A stretch of DNA of 64,000 bases, taken from the NCBI GenBank assembly GCA_026770705.1, contig JANJGN010000009.1, positions 163,866,001 through 163,930,000 of the forward strand. The letters are read 5' to 3'. The notes beneath the pieces were generated by a model. The model saw only the letters and a program-made list of their open reading frames with translations, ran no database searches and had not been told where the DNA came from. The translations under genes were made by a program, and so were the position numbers. Origin of the DNA: Isurus oxyrinchus (Eukaryota). Shown piece by piece: positions 24,090 through 37,465 of this stretch (position 1 is its first letter; every line of letters begins with the position of its first letter).

Positions 24090-24860
24090 CTTGTGCTACA
24101 CAAGTGTCAGGCAATGACCATCTCCAACAAGAGAGAATCTAACCATCGCCCCTTGATGTTCAATGGTATTACCATCACTGGATCCCCCACTATCAGTGTG
24201 GAGGCTTACCATTGACCAGAAACTGAACTGGACTAGCCATAGAAATACTGTGGCTACAAGGGCAGGTCAAGGTCAGGGAATCCAGCGGCAAGTAACTCAC
24301 CTCCTGACTCTCCAAAGCTTGTCCACCGTTTACAAGGCACAAGTCAGCAGTGTGATGGAATACTCTCCACTTACCTGGATGAGTGCAGCTCCCATAACAC
24401 TGAAGAAGCTGGACACCGTCCAGGACAAAGCAGTCCGCTTGATTGGCAGCACATCCACAAACATTCAATCCCTCCACCACCGACGCACAGTAGCAGCAGT
24501 GTGTACCATCTACAAGATGCACTGCAGGAATTCACCAAGGCTCCTTAGAAAGCACCTTCCAAACCCACAGCCACTACCGTCTAGAAGGACAAGGGCAGCA
24601 GATAGATTGCAACATCACCACCTGGAAGTTCCCCTCTAAGTAACTCACCGTCCTGACTTGGAAATATTTCACCGTTCCTTAACTGTCACTGGGTAAAAGT
24701 CCTGGAAGTCCCTTCCTAACAGCCCTGTGGGTGTAACCACACCACATGGACAGCAGCAGTTCAAGAAGGCAGCTCAGCACCACCTTCTCAAGGGCAATTA
24801 TTGATGGGCAATAAATGGTGGCCCAGCCAGTGAAGTCCACGTCCCATGAATGAATTTTTA
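24090..24860 (+). mobile_element. CR1/L2-clade LINE 3' fragment
   Basis: IDQKLNWTSH...YKAQV.SVMEYS...LDTVQDKAVRLI; atgaatga tail. Confidence 0.8.
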
Positions 24861-26329
24861 AAAAAATCCAGTGGGGAGATGTTATTCCTCAAAGAGATCA
24901 TGAAGGTTTTCGGCAATATTTTCCCATATCAAACCTATGTTAGTATTTATTTCTCAACTTTACTCCTTTCAATACTTTCTATTACTTGTCATGAATGGAA
25001 GTGAAACTAAAGCTCGTGGGGCACCAATGAAGCAGCTTCTGAAAACATCCCAGGCCTTGTCTGCAGGAGTCACACAGGGGAACTGCTGTAAACCCAATAC
25101 CAATAAAGAAATGACAGAAATATTGGATATCTCTGTCTCAGTTTTTACCAAGTTTTTCACTTGAGGGTGAAGTTAAAAATCATATTAAAGCAGTTGTGAT
25201 AGAAGGGGAGAAAATAATTGACAAAGTAGCAAAACAGAAGGCAGGATAACCCCAGTAGCAGACAGGACGCCCACTAGGTTGCCAACCCTCCAGAATTGGC
25301 CTGGAGTCTCTAGGAATTGAAGATTAATCTCCAGAACATTGCTGTGCGCAACCCTAGAGAAAAATCATTGGGGCTTTAGAAAAGATTGTTCTTTTTTCAT
25401 TTTCTTTGAACATTTCTCTTTATCAGATATGAAAGTATTGAAAATGGAGGGAAACCATTGTTTGGCTAACAGTCAAGCATGATCCAATTGGGTACTGAGT
25501 CATTTTGCTTTCCTTTTGCCATAGGAAGGCAGTGCATTGTAAAGATAGATGTGCTGGCCAACTAATGGCCTGACCATGAGGGTGCGATGAAACCTCCCAG
25601 AATGCATTTAATCACTGGCAACCCTAGCACCCACTGAGAGCCAAGCCCAGCAGGCGTCTGGAAATGACCTGGGGCATCCGTGTGACCTCCTGTTTTAACT
25701 CGCAACTGGAGGTGCAGTCGGCAACACCTGGGGTCACTAGCTTTTATAACAGTGGATAACTCTCCAGAGGGCGCCTCAAAATGGGGGCACCCTTACGTTC
25801 CCCTCTCTGCAGCAGCAGTGCCCACCTCTGCCAGTGGAATTGCACCCCTGCCAAGGCTGCAGGCCCTTTAGCCTGCCCGCCTTCCTCAATCGGATGATAG
25901 GCCCGGGTGTGGATTCTTAATTGGCTGCCTCCAGGAAGGTCTCTCAGGCAGACACATGGGTCGAGAGCCAAATATGGTCCCACGTTTTGATTATTTTTAA
26001 AGGGCACAAGATTCTGCCCAAGGTGTGCAGCCCTCTGAGGGCAATTACTTCTGATGTAAAATACTGCCACTCACATCTTGTAAAGGAAATTCTTCATTTA
26101 TTCTCTTACCTATGAGCAGGAAACATGAATTTTAGTCAGGGTTTGTTGTCCTGAATTTTGCAGTTACTTTGGAGTTCTGAGATTGGTACATTTAGAAAAA
26201 CTTGAAGTGAACTCATTAGCTTCATGATAAGCTCACCGTATGGACTGGTTCTCTGACTGCTCAGAGGCCTGATTTGATGGTTCTTCAAGGGTTTACCAAT
26301 GTCTGACTAAAGTATATATTATTGATCCA

Positions 26330-26520
26330 GCTCTACCCCCCACCCCCTTAAACCAGCTTATATTTCACCTCTTTTCTATTTTTACTTAATTCTGTTGAAG
26401 ATACATACGGACTCAAAACGTTAACTGTGTTCCTCTCTGCAGATGCTGCCAGACCTGCTGAGTTTTTCCAGGTATTTTTATTTTTGTTTTGGATTTCCAG
26501 CATCCGCAGTTTTTTGATTT
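26330..26520 (+). mobile_element. Penelope pseudo-LTR fragment
   Basis: Family sequence; TSD tatatattatt at 26313-26323 and 26521-26531. Confidence 0.75.
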
Positions 26521-26864
26521 TATATATTATTCCATCCAAAGTAAAAGAAGCTATTTAATAAGAATTTCTGTTCGGTGCTCTTGCATTGATATCAATGTGG
26601 TTTACATTTGTAGAAGGAAAACAGAAATTACAAAATAACTTTGTAGAACAGAAAATTTAAATTTTCTGTCTAATTTCTTGCTTCTTGGAGATTTTCTTTA
26701 CATCTGTTGAAATACCTACAGTCATTTCTGTTAAACAGCTGTGAAAATCACCTTAATGTGAACATTAGATTTAGATCTTTCATTCTCTATTTTTGTTTCA
26801 GTGACAATAAGTGAAAATCTTTGTTCCTCATTAATACTGGGAATACATATTATTCAACATTTTT

Positions 26865-27600
26865 ATTCAATCATGGGATGTGGGCATCACTGGCTGGGCC
26901 AGCATTTATTGTCCATCCGTAATTGCCCTTGAGAAGGTGGTGGTGAGCTGTCTTCTTGAACCACTGCAGTAGCGTGGGTACACCCACAGGAGAGAGGTTC
27001 CAGGATTTTGACCCAGCGACAGTGAAGGAATAGCGATATATTCCAAGTCAGGATGGTGAGTGACTTGGAGGGAAGCTTCCAGGTGTTGCTGTTCCTATGT
27101 ATCTGCTGCCCTTGTCATTCAATATGGTGATGGTCAAGGGTTTGGAAGGTGCTGTCTAAGGAACCTTGGTGAGTTCCTGCAGTACATCTTGTAGATGGTA
27201 TTCTGCATTGCCGATGGAGGAAATGGATGTTTGTCGATGGGGTGCTAATCAAGCGGAGCTGCTTTGTCCTGGATGGTATTGAGCTTCTTGAGTGTTGTTG
27301 GAGCTGCCCTCATCCAGGTAAGTGGAGTGTATTCCATCACACTCCTGATTTGTACCTTGTAGATGGTGGACAGGCTTTGGGGGAGTCAGGTGAGTTACTC
27401 GCTGCAGGATTCCCTGTCTTTGATCTGCTCTTATAGCCACAGTACTTATATGGCTAGTCCAGATCAGTTTCTAGTAACCCCCCAGACTGGTAGTGGGAGA
27501 TTCAGCGATGGTAATGCTATTAAATGTCAAGGGCTGTTATTAGGGATGGGCAATAAACGATGGCCTGAACAGTGACACCCACATCCCATGAATGAATTAA
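26865..27600 (-). mobile_element. CR1/L2-clade LINE 3' fragment
   Basis: Reverse-complement match to 24190-24860. Confidence 0.75.
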
Positions 27601-27691
27601 AGAGAAATAATGTCCAGTATGACTTTGACTGAAGTGGAATATTTCCTGATGTTGCAGCTGAAGCAGCTTTAGTTATTAAGATAAACTAAAA

Positions 27692-28408
27692 GGGCAGGAT
27701 TTTCCTGTGGGTTTCAGCATCCCAATGTCGGGATCAAATGGAGCTCCCAAGCTGGCACTCATCCCGAGTGAGATGGAGGTGCAATCTTCCCAGAGGCAGC
27801 CTGCTGATTTGCTGCCTCTGTGTTTGCTGTTCTATTAAGGGTGGTCGGCGTCTCCTGGTGCTCCAGGCTCAGTCAAAGGGCTGCCAGTTCTAGAGCATCA
27901 GTAACTCGACTGGGAGAGGGAGGTGCTACTGAGGCATTTCGGGCCCGTGAGGGTATCTCAATGTGGAGGCACCCTCGCAGATGAAAATTTAAAGGATGAT
28001 TTCAGAGGGACTAAGCTGGTGGGCTCCTTGGAGAGGAGGGGAGACCCTTCTGGTGGAAGTGTCTGGGCCGCGGGTGCAGTCTTTCCTTGGGCCTCCAGCT
28101 CGGATGAATCCCCATCTTGCCAGCCGGGAGGCTGCCTCATCGAGTTGGGGTCACCTGCGCATGGTGAGGGTCCGCTCCGTTACCAACAAAATGCTGGTAG
28201 TGCCACAAAATCACCCGTAATTGGGGCCTTAAATATGTAATTGCCTCCCTGCCTCGGCTCTGTGGGCAGCTGTCCCTTGTCTCAGTCTGTCCCTGGGGAA
28301 ACTTCCTGGCAGCAGGAATGCATCGCGTGTTGCCCTGATGGGCCATTCCCTATTTTCCTGGCTCCTCGGCCTCCAAGACCATCATAACAAGGCAGGAAAA
28401 TTCAGTCC
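27692..28408. mobile_element. PIF/Harbinger-type MITE
   Basis: TIRs gggcaggattttcctg / caggaaaattcagtcc, TSD aaa. Confidence 0.7.
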
Positions 28409-29184
28409 AAAGGGTTGGGCCAATTTAGTTCAGGGCGGTTTAGAGTAAGAGGTAATGTGATAGAGCTGTATAGAATAATGAAAGGCTGGATTCTGTGCTT
28501 ATTGATAGAATTATTTCTGTTTGATAGATTGGAGCATCAAACATGTGTTTAAATTATTCTGCAGTAAGGACAGGCTAGATGTTGGACGATAATTCTTTTC
28601 CTAGAGAGTAGTGTGTCTATGGTGTGGTGGATGCTGACTCTCTGAATGCTATTAAGAAGGAGCTGGATTCTTAGCTGGGGTAGATTTTGCATCACAAAGA
28701 AACTAAGTAGGGTTAACAGTTAACACACACAGTCAGTTTGAACACTGAGGTTCTGCAAAGGGGTTTCAACGAGCTGAATTCTAGGTTAAGGAGTAAAAAA
28801 TCCAACACGATCGGAATTCGGAATTTCTCCCATTTTCACAAACTGGACCAGTCAGGAATGGCAAGAGTAGAATTGTCAATGTCTGTCTGGAAAGATGATG
28901 TAGCAAGCAGGGTTTCAAATTCTTGGGACAGTAGAACCAATTTCAAAGCTAGGGATGGCTGTGAAATGTAATGGCTTTCATGTAAACCAGAGAAACGCCC
29001 ACATCCTTGTGAAAAGTGTGAAAGGGCAATGGGGGAAGATTTAAGCCGGTTAGGGTGATGTGTGAAAAGGAAAATTCACAATATTAGTCAAAAACATGAG
29101 AGAAAAAGAACAGCAGTCTAAATGAGCAGATGTGAAAGATAACTCAGATAAAGTGTCAATTGTGGTTTATATATTGTATTCACA

Positions 29185-29580
29185 CTTCTGAGTCTAAAAT
29201 TCAAACCACATATAATCTAGTGAATCACACATTCTTCAGTGAAGTACTGAGGGAGTGCTAAACGATCAGGGGTACAGTCAATCAGATGGGAAGTTGAACC
29301 GAGGCCCTGTCTGCCCTCTCAGGTGGAGGTAGAGGATCCCATGACACTATTTGAAGAAGAGGAGGGGAATTCTCTTGGTATCCTGACCAATATTGCCACC
29401 ATTATCACTAATAACAAATAATCTGCTCATCAACAAATTGTTGAGAGTGTGTGTGCAAATTGGCTGCTGCATTTGTACATTGCAATAGAGACTGTGTTGC
29501 AAAAGTAAATCATCAAATGTTTTGTGCTTTTGGACATCCTTAGGTCATGAAAGGTGCCAAATAAATGCAAGTTCTTTTTC
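29185..29580 (+). mobile_element. DeuSINE (SacSINE1-like)
   Basis: Same core as the other copies; ataaatgcaagtt tail. Confidence 0.65.
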
Positions 29581-29589
29581 ATTCATATT

Positions 29590-30405
29590 TAATCTTGTAG
29601 TTGGTACATGCTGCTACCACCGTGCGAGGTAGTGGTGGGTGGTGGGGTGGGGGAGAATATTTAAGGTGGTGGATGGGGTGCCTATCAAGGGGATTGCTTT
29701 GTCTTGGATGGTGTTGAGCTTCTTGAGTGTGAGCTGCACTCATTCAGGCAAGCGGAGGGTATTCCACCACACTCCTGACTTGTGCCTTGCAGATGACGGA
29801 CACATTTTGAGGAGAAAGGAGGTGAGTTACTCACCATCGAAATCCAAGCCTTTGATCAGCTCATGTAGCCACAGTTTTTATATGGCTGGTCCAGTCAAGC
29901 TTCTGGTCAATATTAACCTTCAGATATTGATGGTTGGGGATTCAATGGTGGAATTGATGTTGATTATCAGGAGGAAATTGCTTGATTCTCTTGTTGGGGA
30001 TGGACATTGCCTGGTACTTATGTAGTCGGAATGTTATTTTCCACTATCAGCCAAACCTAAATATTGTCCAGGTCTTGCTGCATGTAGGCAAAGACTGCTT
30101 CAGCATCTGTGGAGTCACGATTGGTACTGAAAATTGTACAATAGTCAGTGAACATTCCCACTTCTGACCTTATGCTGGAGTGAAAGTCATTGATGAAGCA
30201 GCTGAAGATGGTTGGGCCTAGGACTTTACCCTGAGGATCTCCTGCAGTGATATCCTGGAACTGAGATGATTGGCCTCCAACAACCACAACCATCTTCCTT
30301 TGTGCTGGGTATGAATCCAGCCCGCAGAGAGTTTTCCCCCGATTCCCATTGACTCCAGTTTTACTCGGGGTCCTTGATGCCACACCCGGTCGAAAGCTGC
30401 CAGCA
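29590..30405 (-). mobile_element. CR1/L2-clade LINE RT fragment
   Basis: AAFDRVWHQG...PQGKVLGPTIFSCFIND...MFTDYC. Confidence 0.8.
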
Positions 30406-30409
30406 ACAA

Positions 30410-31320
30410 CTTGATTTTATGTAGCATCTTTAACGTGGTTAAGAGGGTCCATGGCACATCACAGGAGCATTGTCAAATAACATTTGACACTGGGACACAT
30501 AAGGAGATATCAGGACACATGACCAAAGGCTTCGCCAATGAGGCAGGTTTTAAGGAGCATTTTAAAGGAGGAGAGAGAGGTAGACGGGCAGAGAAGTTCA
30601 GGGAGGGAATTCAAGAGCTTAGGGTCTCTGCAGTTAAAAGTTCAGCAACCAATTCTGCAGTGATTACAATTGGAGATGTGCAAGAGGACAGACTTAAAGG
30701 AGCTGGAGGGCTGGAGGAGAATGCAGAGATAGGGGGAGATGGAGTCATGTAGGATTTTAAAGCAAAGATGAGAATGTTAAAATTGATGTGTTGTTTAAAT
30801 GGGAGCCAATATAAATCAGCGAGCACAGGGGTAAATGGGACTTTGTGCACATTATGATAAGGTCAGCCGCGATTCGGATGACCTCAAGTTTACGGAGATT
30901 GAACATGGGAGGGTGACCAGGAGGGCATTAGAACAGTCGTGTAGAGATTGAAAAAGGCATAGATGAGGGTTTTAGCAGCAGGTGAGCTGAGACAGGGGCA
31001 GAGTGGGGTGATGTTACGGAGGTGGAAAAAGGTGATCTTAGTGATAGCATGGATATATAGTCAGAAGCTCATCTTGGGTTGAAGTATGACACCAAGTTTG
31101 TGAACTGCCTGGTTTAGCCTGAGACAGATGCTAGGGAGTGAGATGGAGTCAGTGTCTAGGGAATGGAATATGTGGCAGGGACAAACAGCAATAGCTTTGG
31201 CTGTCTCGATATTTAGCTGGAGGAAATTTCTGTTCAGGTCGTACTGGGACATGCAGCCTGACAGTTTAGAGACAGTGGAGGGATTGAGAGAGCTGGTGGT
31301 GAGGTAGAGATATGGGTCAG
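30410..31320 (-). mobile_element. L2 LINE 3' fragment
   Basis: NFLQLNIETA...; TPVLADLYWLPFKQHINFNIL. Confidence 0.7.
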
Positions 31321-32089
31321 GTGGAACAATACCACTGGCATTTCTCATACAAGATTTGGAAAATAACTAATAGGAGATAAAATATGCATGTCTGTTTGCA
31401 CTCCTTGTTAATAGATAGCCATTTAAAAAAATCCTGAGTTATATTCAGCCCTCACATCTGTCTCACTCCTATTAAGCCCCTGATCATAAGCATGCTGATT
31501 ATTGCACTGCCACTGCAAGCTTTTAAGCATAAATGAAGTGGTTGAAGGACTTCCTGGCACCGAGGAGCAGAGAACAGTACATGAGCTTTGACTTCTACAG
31601 AGATACACCAGTGAAATGTTATCAAAACTCCAAGGACCTAACTCTCCCTTTCCAGTATAAATTGCATAGCACAGAGCACGCCTCTGAGACACATTTAAAT
31701 ATAAACAGACAGCCATACATTGTGGTGTCGTCATGTGCTCATTAGTCATTCAATACAACCAGAGGAACAGAAAAAAATCTTACAACTGCGATTTTGAAAC
31801 AGGTTTTCTCTTGACTCAACCCTTTCAGCTTCTATTTTTAAACCTCTTACCACTTCTGAATGGGAAGTTGGTGGTTCAACCACGTGGTCCAATTTACTAC
31901 ATCACCGGAATGCTGAACTATTCACGTTCCTTTCCCCAAAGCCACCTGTAATCCTTTTATAGGCATTAAAGTCAGTGCAGTAATTTAATAACAGATCTTT
32001 TAAAAGTCAGTTGTTCATCAAATATCTCTTTATTTTTAGCAACATAATGCAAAACTAATCATGGGGCTGGTATTACATTTTAAACAAAA

Positions 32090-32705
32090 CAAATAACTTT
32101 CACCACCCCAGGAGGTCCCAAAGTGCTTTACAGCCAGTGAAGTAATGGAGGAAACTTAGCAGCCAGTTTGCACATAGCAAGCTCCCATCAAAAGCTATGA
32201 AATAAATGAACAGATCGTCTGCATTTTTAGATATTGGTTTCAGGAGAACTCCTTTGAAAAGTGTGGTGGGATTTCTTTTCCTCTCCACCTTAGAAGGCAG
32301 GCAGCAGGGCTTCATCTCATCAAAAGATGGCACCTACGGACAGTGCAGCATGCCCTCAATACTGCCAGCCTGGACTGCGTACTCAAGTTACTGGATTGTG
32401 ACTTGAATTCACAAACGTTTTGACTCAGAGGTGAGAGTGTTACATACTGAGCCAAGACTGAGATGCGGAGAAACTTCTTTAGCCAGAGAGTGGTGAATCT
32501 ATGGAATTCATTGCCACAGAAGGCTGTGGAGGCCAGGTCATTGAGTGTATTTAAGATGGAGGTAGATAGGTTCTTGATTGGTAAGGGGATCAAAGGTTAC
32601 AGGGAGAAGGCGGGAGAATGGGGCTGAGAAACTTATCAGCCATGATTGAATGGCGGAGTAGGCTCGATGTGTCGAATGGCCTAATTTCTGCTCCTTTGTC
32701 TTATT
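32090..32705. mobile_element. SINE remnant (minus) abutting a CR1 3' end (plus, 32455-32705)
   Basis: TEMRRNFFSQRVVNLWNSLPQKAVEA plus CR1 3'UTR; reversed DeuSINE-like tail. Confidence 0.65.
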
Positions 32706-32709
32706 GTCT

Positions 32710-33298
32710 TCCGGACCGACATATTGACGAAATCATTCTCAATAACTGTCCTGTACATGTCATTCCTATGACCTGTCAACGGCCTATTAAGGTCATTAAA
32801 AAACTGATTGAGGTTATTAATGAACCTGCCCGTCCATGAAACCTCGGGCGGGATGATGTTTCATGAGGGATTTAAAAATCTAAGAATATTTCAAAATAAA
32901 AGTTATGGACATGTCCCAACTCTTGTGTTGGTGTCACATGGGGGGACATTGTAGTGAAATTTATTTCTCAGCTTTATTTAAAGTTTAACATCTGAGCCGA
33001 TCTCCCTGAGGCAGCACTTTTCCTCAGGGAGATCTGTGCACTCCTTCGCGCACTCCTGGCTGAGGGAATTCCCCCCTTCATCAAAACCCCGCCCCCCCCA
33101 CCCACCCACCCCCCCCCCCCCCCCCCCCCCTCCCCACATAGGGAGCGCATAGCACTTCCTGGCGGACATCACGCTGGGCGGGCCTTAATTGGCCTATCCA
33201 CGTAAAATGGCAGCGAGCCCCGACCAGGGGTGCCAATCAGGAACCTGCCCACTGTGCCCACTCCCACACATCCACCTGGCGGGAGGAAAATGTTGCCC
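32710..33298. mobile_element. Partial Harbinger-type MITE related to 18715-19404
   Basis: Shared internal motifs (cctattaagg, tccctgaggcagc) and terminal gaaaatgttgccc. Confidence 0.55.
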
Positions 33299-33364
33299 CT
33301 AGGAATTTTTAGGTTGCATCAAACAGAAAGCATGTAAATATTCAACCCGACAAAAACTTATTTT

Positions 33365-34608
33365 ATTCATTCTTGGGTTGTGGGGACCATTGGCAAGACC
33401 CTGGTGTCCATCCCTTACTGTCCTTGAGAAGATGGTGGTGAGTTGCCTTCTTGAGCCGCTGCTGTCCTTGTTAGGGTGTTAGGTGTTGGGGAGAGAGGTC
33501 GGATTACTGACCCAGTGAAAATGAAGGAACAGCATTATGGTTTCTGGTCAGGATACTGAGTAACTTGGAGAGGAACTTGCACATGGTGGTGTTCCCACAC
33601 ATCTGTTATCTTTATTCTACTAGATGGTAGAATTCAAGTGTTTGGAAGGTGCTGTCGAAGGAGCCTTGGTGAATTGCTATTACCTCAGACTACTTTTAAA
33701 GCATTTAAATTAGACAAAGGCTAGCTCCATTTACAATGTAATAAACTCACATTCAGCTAATACTCAGGCCCATAACAAAAACCTATTTTCGGTGTTAATG
33801 ATTTGGACACTCCGCAAGTTCTCACTTTATTTGTTTGAAGATACAACTATCAAGTGGCACTCACTTAGCAATAACCAGGTGATTGACGCTTAGTTTGGGT
33901 TCCGCCAGGATCATTCAGCTCTGACCTCAAATATGGACAAAAGAGATGAACTCCAGAGGTAAAGCGAGTGTGACTGCCCTTGTCATCAAGGCAGCATTTG
34001 ACCAATCATGGCATCATGAAGCCCCAGCAAAACTGAAGTCATTGGGGATCAGGAGTAAAACTCTCCAATGGTTGGAGTCATACCGAGCACAAAGGAAGAT
34101 GTTTGTGGTTGTTGGAGGTCAATCATCTCAGTTCCAGAGCATCACTGCTGGAGTTTCTCAGGATAATGTCCTAGGCCCAACCACCTTTAGCTGCTTCACA
34201 ATGACCTACCTTCTGCAATAAGGTCAGATGTGGGGATGTTCGCTGATGATTGCACATTCAGCACCATTCATGACATCTCAGGTACTGAAGCAGTCCATGT
34301 CCAAATGCAGCAAGACCTGGACAATATCCAGGCTTGGGCTGACAAGTGAAAAGTAACATTCACACCACACAAGTACCAGGTAATGGCCATCCCCAACAAG
34401 AGAGAACCTTACCATTGCCCCTTGACATTTAATAGCATTACCATCGCTGAATCCCCCACTATCAGTCTGGGGGTTACTAGAAACTGAACTGGACTAGCCA
34501 TATAAATACTGTGGCCATAACAGCAGGTCAAAGACAGGGAATCCTGCAGCAAGTAACTCACCTGACTCCCCCAAAGCCTGTCCACCATCTACAAGGCACA
34601 AGTCAAGG
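33365..34608. mobile_element. CR1/L2-clade LINE fragments (minus 33365-33680; plus 33860-34608)
   Basis: IKAAFDQSWH...SQDNVLGPTTFSCF...MFADDC. Confidence 0.75.
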
Positions 34609-34611
34609 AGG

Positions 34612-34985
34612 CTCAGGTGGACGTGGTGACTGAGAAGGTTGAGGTGGAGGCAGTGGCTGAGGAGAGGCAGTGACTGAGGAGGTTGAGGTGGAGGCAGTGA
34701 CTGAGGAGGTTGAGGTGGGGGCAGTGACTGAGGAGGCTGAGGTGGAGGCAGTGACTGAGGAGGCTGAGGTGGAGGCAGTGGCTGAGGAGGTTGAGGTGGA
34801 GGCAGTGACTGAGGAGGTTGAGGTGGAGGCGGTGACTGAGGAGGCTGAGGTGGAGGTGGTGACTGAGGAGGCTGAGGAGGAGGTGGTGACTGAGGAGGCT
34901 GAGGTGGAGGCAGTGACTGAGGAGGTTGAGGTGGAGGCAGTGGCTGAGGAGGTTCAGGTGGAGGCAGTGACTGAGGAGGCTGAGT
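34612..34985. repeat. 27-bp minisatellite (gaggtggaggcagtgactgaggagg(t/c)t), block 1
   Basis: About 13 tandem units. Confidence 0.95.
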
Positions 34986-35594
34986 TGGAGAGTAAGAGAG
35001 AATGGGAGAGGTGATGAGAGAGAGTGGGAGAGAGAGAGAGAAAGAGAGACCAAGATGGAAAGGTGGGAGAGCGATAGAAGGCGGGAAACTGGAGACAGAG
35101 AGAGAGACAGTGGGAAAGGGGGAGAAAGAGAGTGGGAATGTGGTGGGCAGAGAGAGAGAGAAAGTGGGAAAGGGTCAGGGTGGGAAGGCCAGGCAGGGGG
35201 ATCAGGTCAGGGACACAGGCCCATGCAAGCACATTCCTGGCAGGCCTGAGGGGGAGGGGATGTATCCAGGCTGGTTTGAGGATTGGGTGGTCCTGACTCC
35301 CTCCAGGGGAAGGGGCTGTAGAAGAGAATTGAAAGTGAGAGGGGGGTGAGCCGCAGACTGCTCCGTTGGTCTCAGCAGCACTTTCACCCCACTCCTCCAG
35401 TGAGGGGACTCATACGTTTTCTGGCAGAGGCAGCAACAGCCTCAGAGAAGGCGGCAACTGAGGAGGACACGGCAATGGCTGAAGTGGAGGCACAGAAATG
35501 GAGGTGGAGGCTGCAGGTCTGGCAATACGGCAGAGGAGGAGTTGGCAAGGGCAGCGGAAGCAGAGGTGGTGGTGGAGTTGGCAATAGCAGTGGA

Positions 35595-35965
35595 GTTGAC
35601 TGAGGAAGAGGCAAGAGTGGAGGAGGTTGAGGTGGAGGTGATGACTGAGGAGGTTGAGGTGGAGTCATTGGCTGAGGAGGCTGAGGTGGAGTCAGTGACT
35701 GAGGAGGTTGAGGTGGAGGCAGTGACTGAGAAGGTTGAGGTGGAGTCATTGGCTGAGGAGGCTGAGGTGGAGGTGGTGACTGAGGAGGTTGAGGTGGAGG
35801 CAGTGACTGAGGACGTTGAGGTGGAGGCAGTGACTGAGGAGGTTGAGGTGGAGGCAGTGACAGAGTAGGTTGACGTGGAGGCAGTGACTGAGGAGGCTGA
35901 GGTGGAGGCAGTGACTGAGGAGGCTGAGGTGGAGGCAGTGACTGAGGAGGCTGAGGTGGAGGTGG
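35595..35965. repeat. 27-bp minisatellite, block 2
   Basis: Same unit, about 13 copies. Confidence 0.95.
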
Positions 35966-36546
35966 TTGCCGAGGCGATGGAGGTAGTGAATGTCGGGGTG
36001 GAGGAGGAGACATCAGCAGCGGCAGCAGCAGAGACAGTGGCTGAGGCTGAGGAGGGGGAGGCAGCGGCTGTGACAGTGACAGAGGGAGAAGCAGCGAAGG
36101 CGGCAGCAGCAAAGGCTGAGGCCACAGTGAGGGAGGCTGTGGAGAGGGAGGTGGAGGTGGGGCAGAGGCAGCGAGGAGACGGTACGAGACCAGGAGCAGC
36201 AACAAAACCTGCCTTGTGGTTTGTGAGGCTCAGGGCAATGGCGTCTGTGAGTTGATATCTTCCATGTGTCATGTGTGTGTCTCCGAGTCAGCGCACCGGA
36301 CCACACTGCTTCTGCCCGATTAGGGCGCTTCAGTGGAGTCCGACACCAGTCCAGTGTCACCCAGCTCCCATTCCCGAGGACAGGTGATGGAACCTGCCCA
36401 GTGCCAGGATGAGCTGCTTGGTAAGATCGGGAGGTGGGAAGTAGAGAAGGCAGCCGACCAGGAAAAGCTGGAGGATATCTCCAGGATTACTGACTGTCTC
36501 CAAGAAGAAACTCTTGTAGCCTTCAGGCAGGGTATATATATGTTTA

Positions 36547-36808
36547 AAACAAAAACAGAATTACCTGGAAAAACTCAGCAGGTCTGGCAGCATCGGCGGA
36601 GAAGAAAAGAGTTGACGTTTCGAGTCTTCATGACCCTTCGACAGAACTTGAATCAAAGGCTTTAAATCAAATTGAGTTCTGTTGAAGGGTCATGAGGACT
36701 CGAAACTTCAACTTTGCTCTTCTCCGCCGATGCTGACAGACCTGCTGAGTTTTTCCACTTATTTCTGTTTTTGTTTTGGATTTCCAGCATCCGCAGTTTT
36801 GTTTTGTC
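36547..36808. mobile_element. Head-to-head pair of Penelope pseudo-LTR ends, each with a hammerhead motif
   Basis: Motifs at 36610-36648 (-) and 36675-36713 (+); 14-bp TSD tatatatatgttta. Confidence 0.8.
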
Positions 36809-37465
36809 TATATATATGTTTATATAGCTGCAATTTAAAGTTACCTGCCACATCCCTTTTAACACTTTCTAATGCAGCATCGCTCTGATCAGAATCAGAT
36901 TTATTGGGGTTGTGCAAATGTCTCCCCAGCCTCTGATATAACAATAAAAAGCTGCTTTTTCCTTTCCAGTTGCAGTAAGAGGACTGTCCCAGCCTCTCAA
37001 TGTGACAGGGCAGCCCAGGACTCTGTCTCTCAGTGCAACACCCAGGAACACACACAGTGCAGCCCCCACATTGATTGTTCCAGTTGTGGGGGGAAAGCGT
37101 GCATGTGGAGTAAGTGTACAATTGGGAAGATATTGATTCTCACAACATTTCCACGGCTTTAAATCAAATTGAGTTCTGTTGAAGGGTCATGAGGACTCGA
37201 AACTTCAACTTTGCTCTTCTCCGCCGATGCTGACAGACCTGCTGAGTTTTTCCACTTATTTCTGTTTTTGTTTTATTCTGAATGTTTTGTCTGGAGTCAA
37301 TTACAAGCAGCGTAGACAATGTCTGTGTTTTAATTGTGTGTGGCAGTCCTCGTTTTTCACAATAAAATTTGCCAGGCTTTTACTCAACTTTTATTCTGAG
37401 TGTTTTTTCTGAGTTTATGGAGATATAACCTCATATTCTGCTGAAATGCACTTTAATTCAGAGCA

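Noticed and set aside
34670-36272. Glu-rich, Pro-rich or Ser/Thr-rich ORFs as real proteins (mucin/extensin-like)
   Set aside because: Open in several frames on both strands because of a stop-poor 27-bp repeat; no credible start or splice context.
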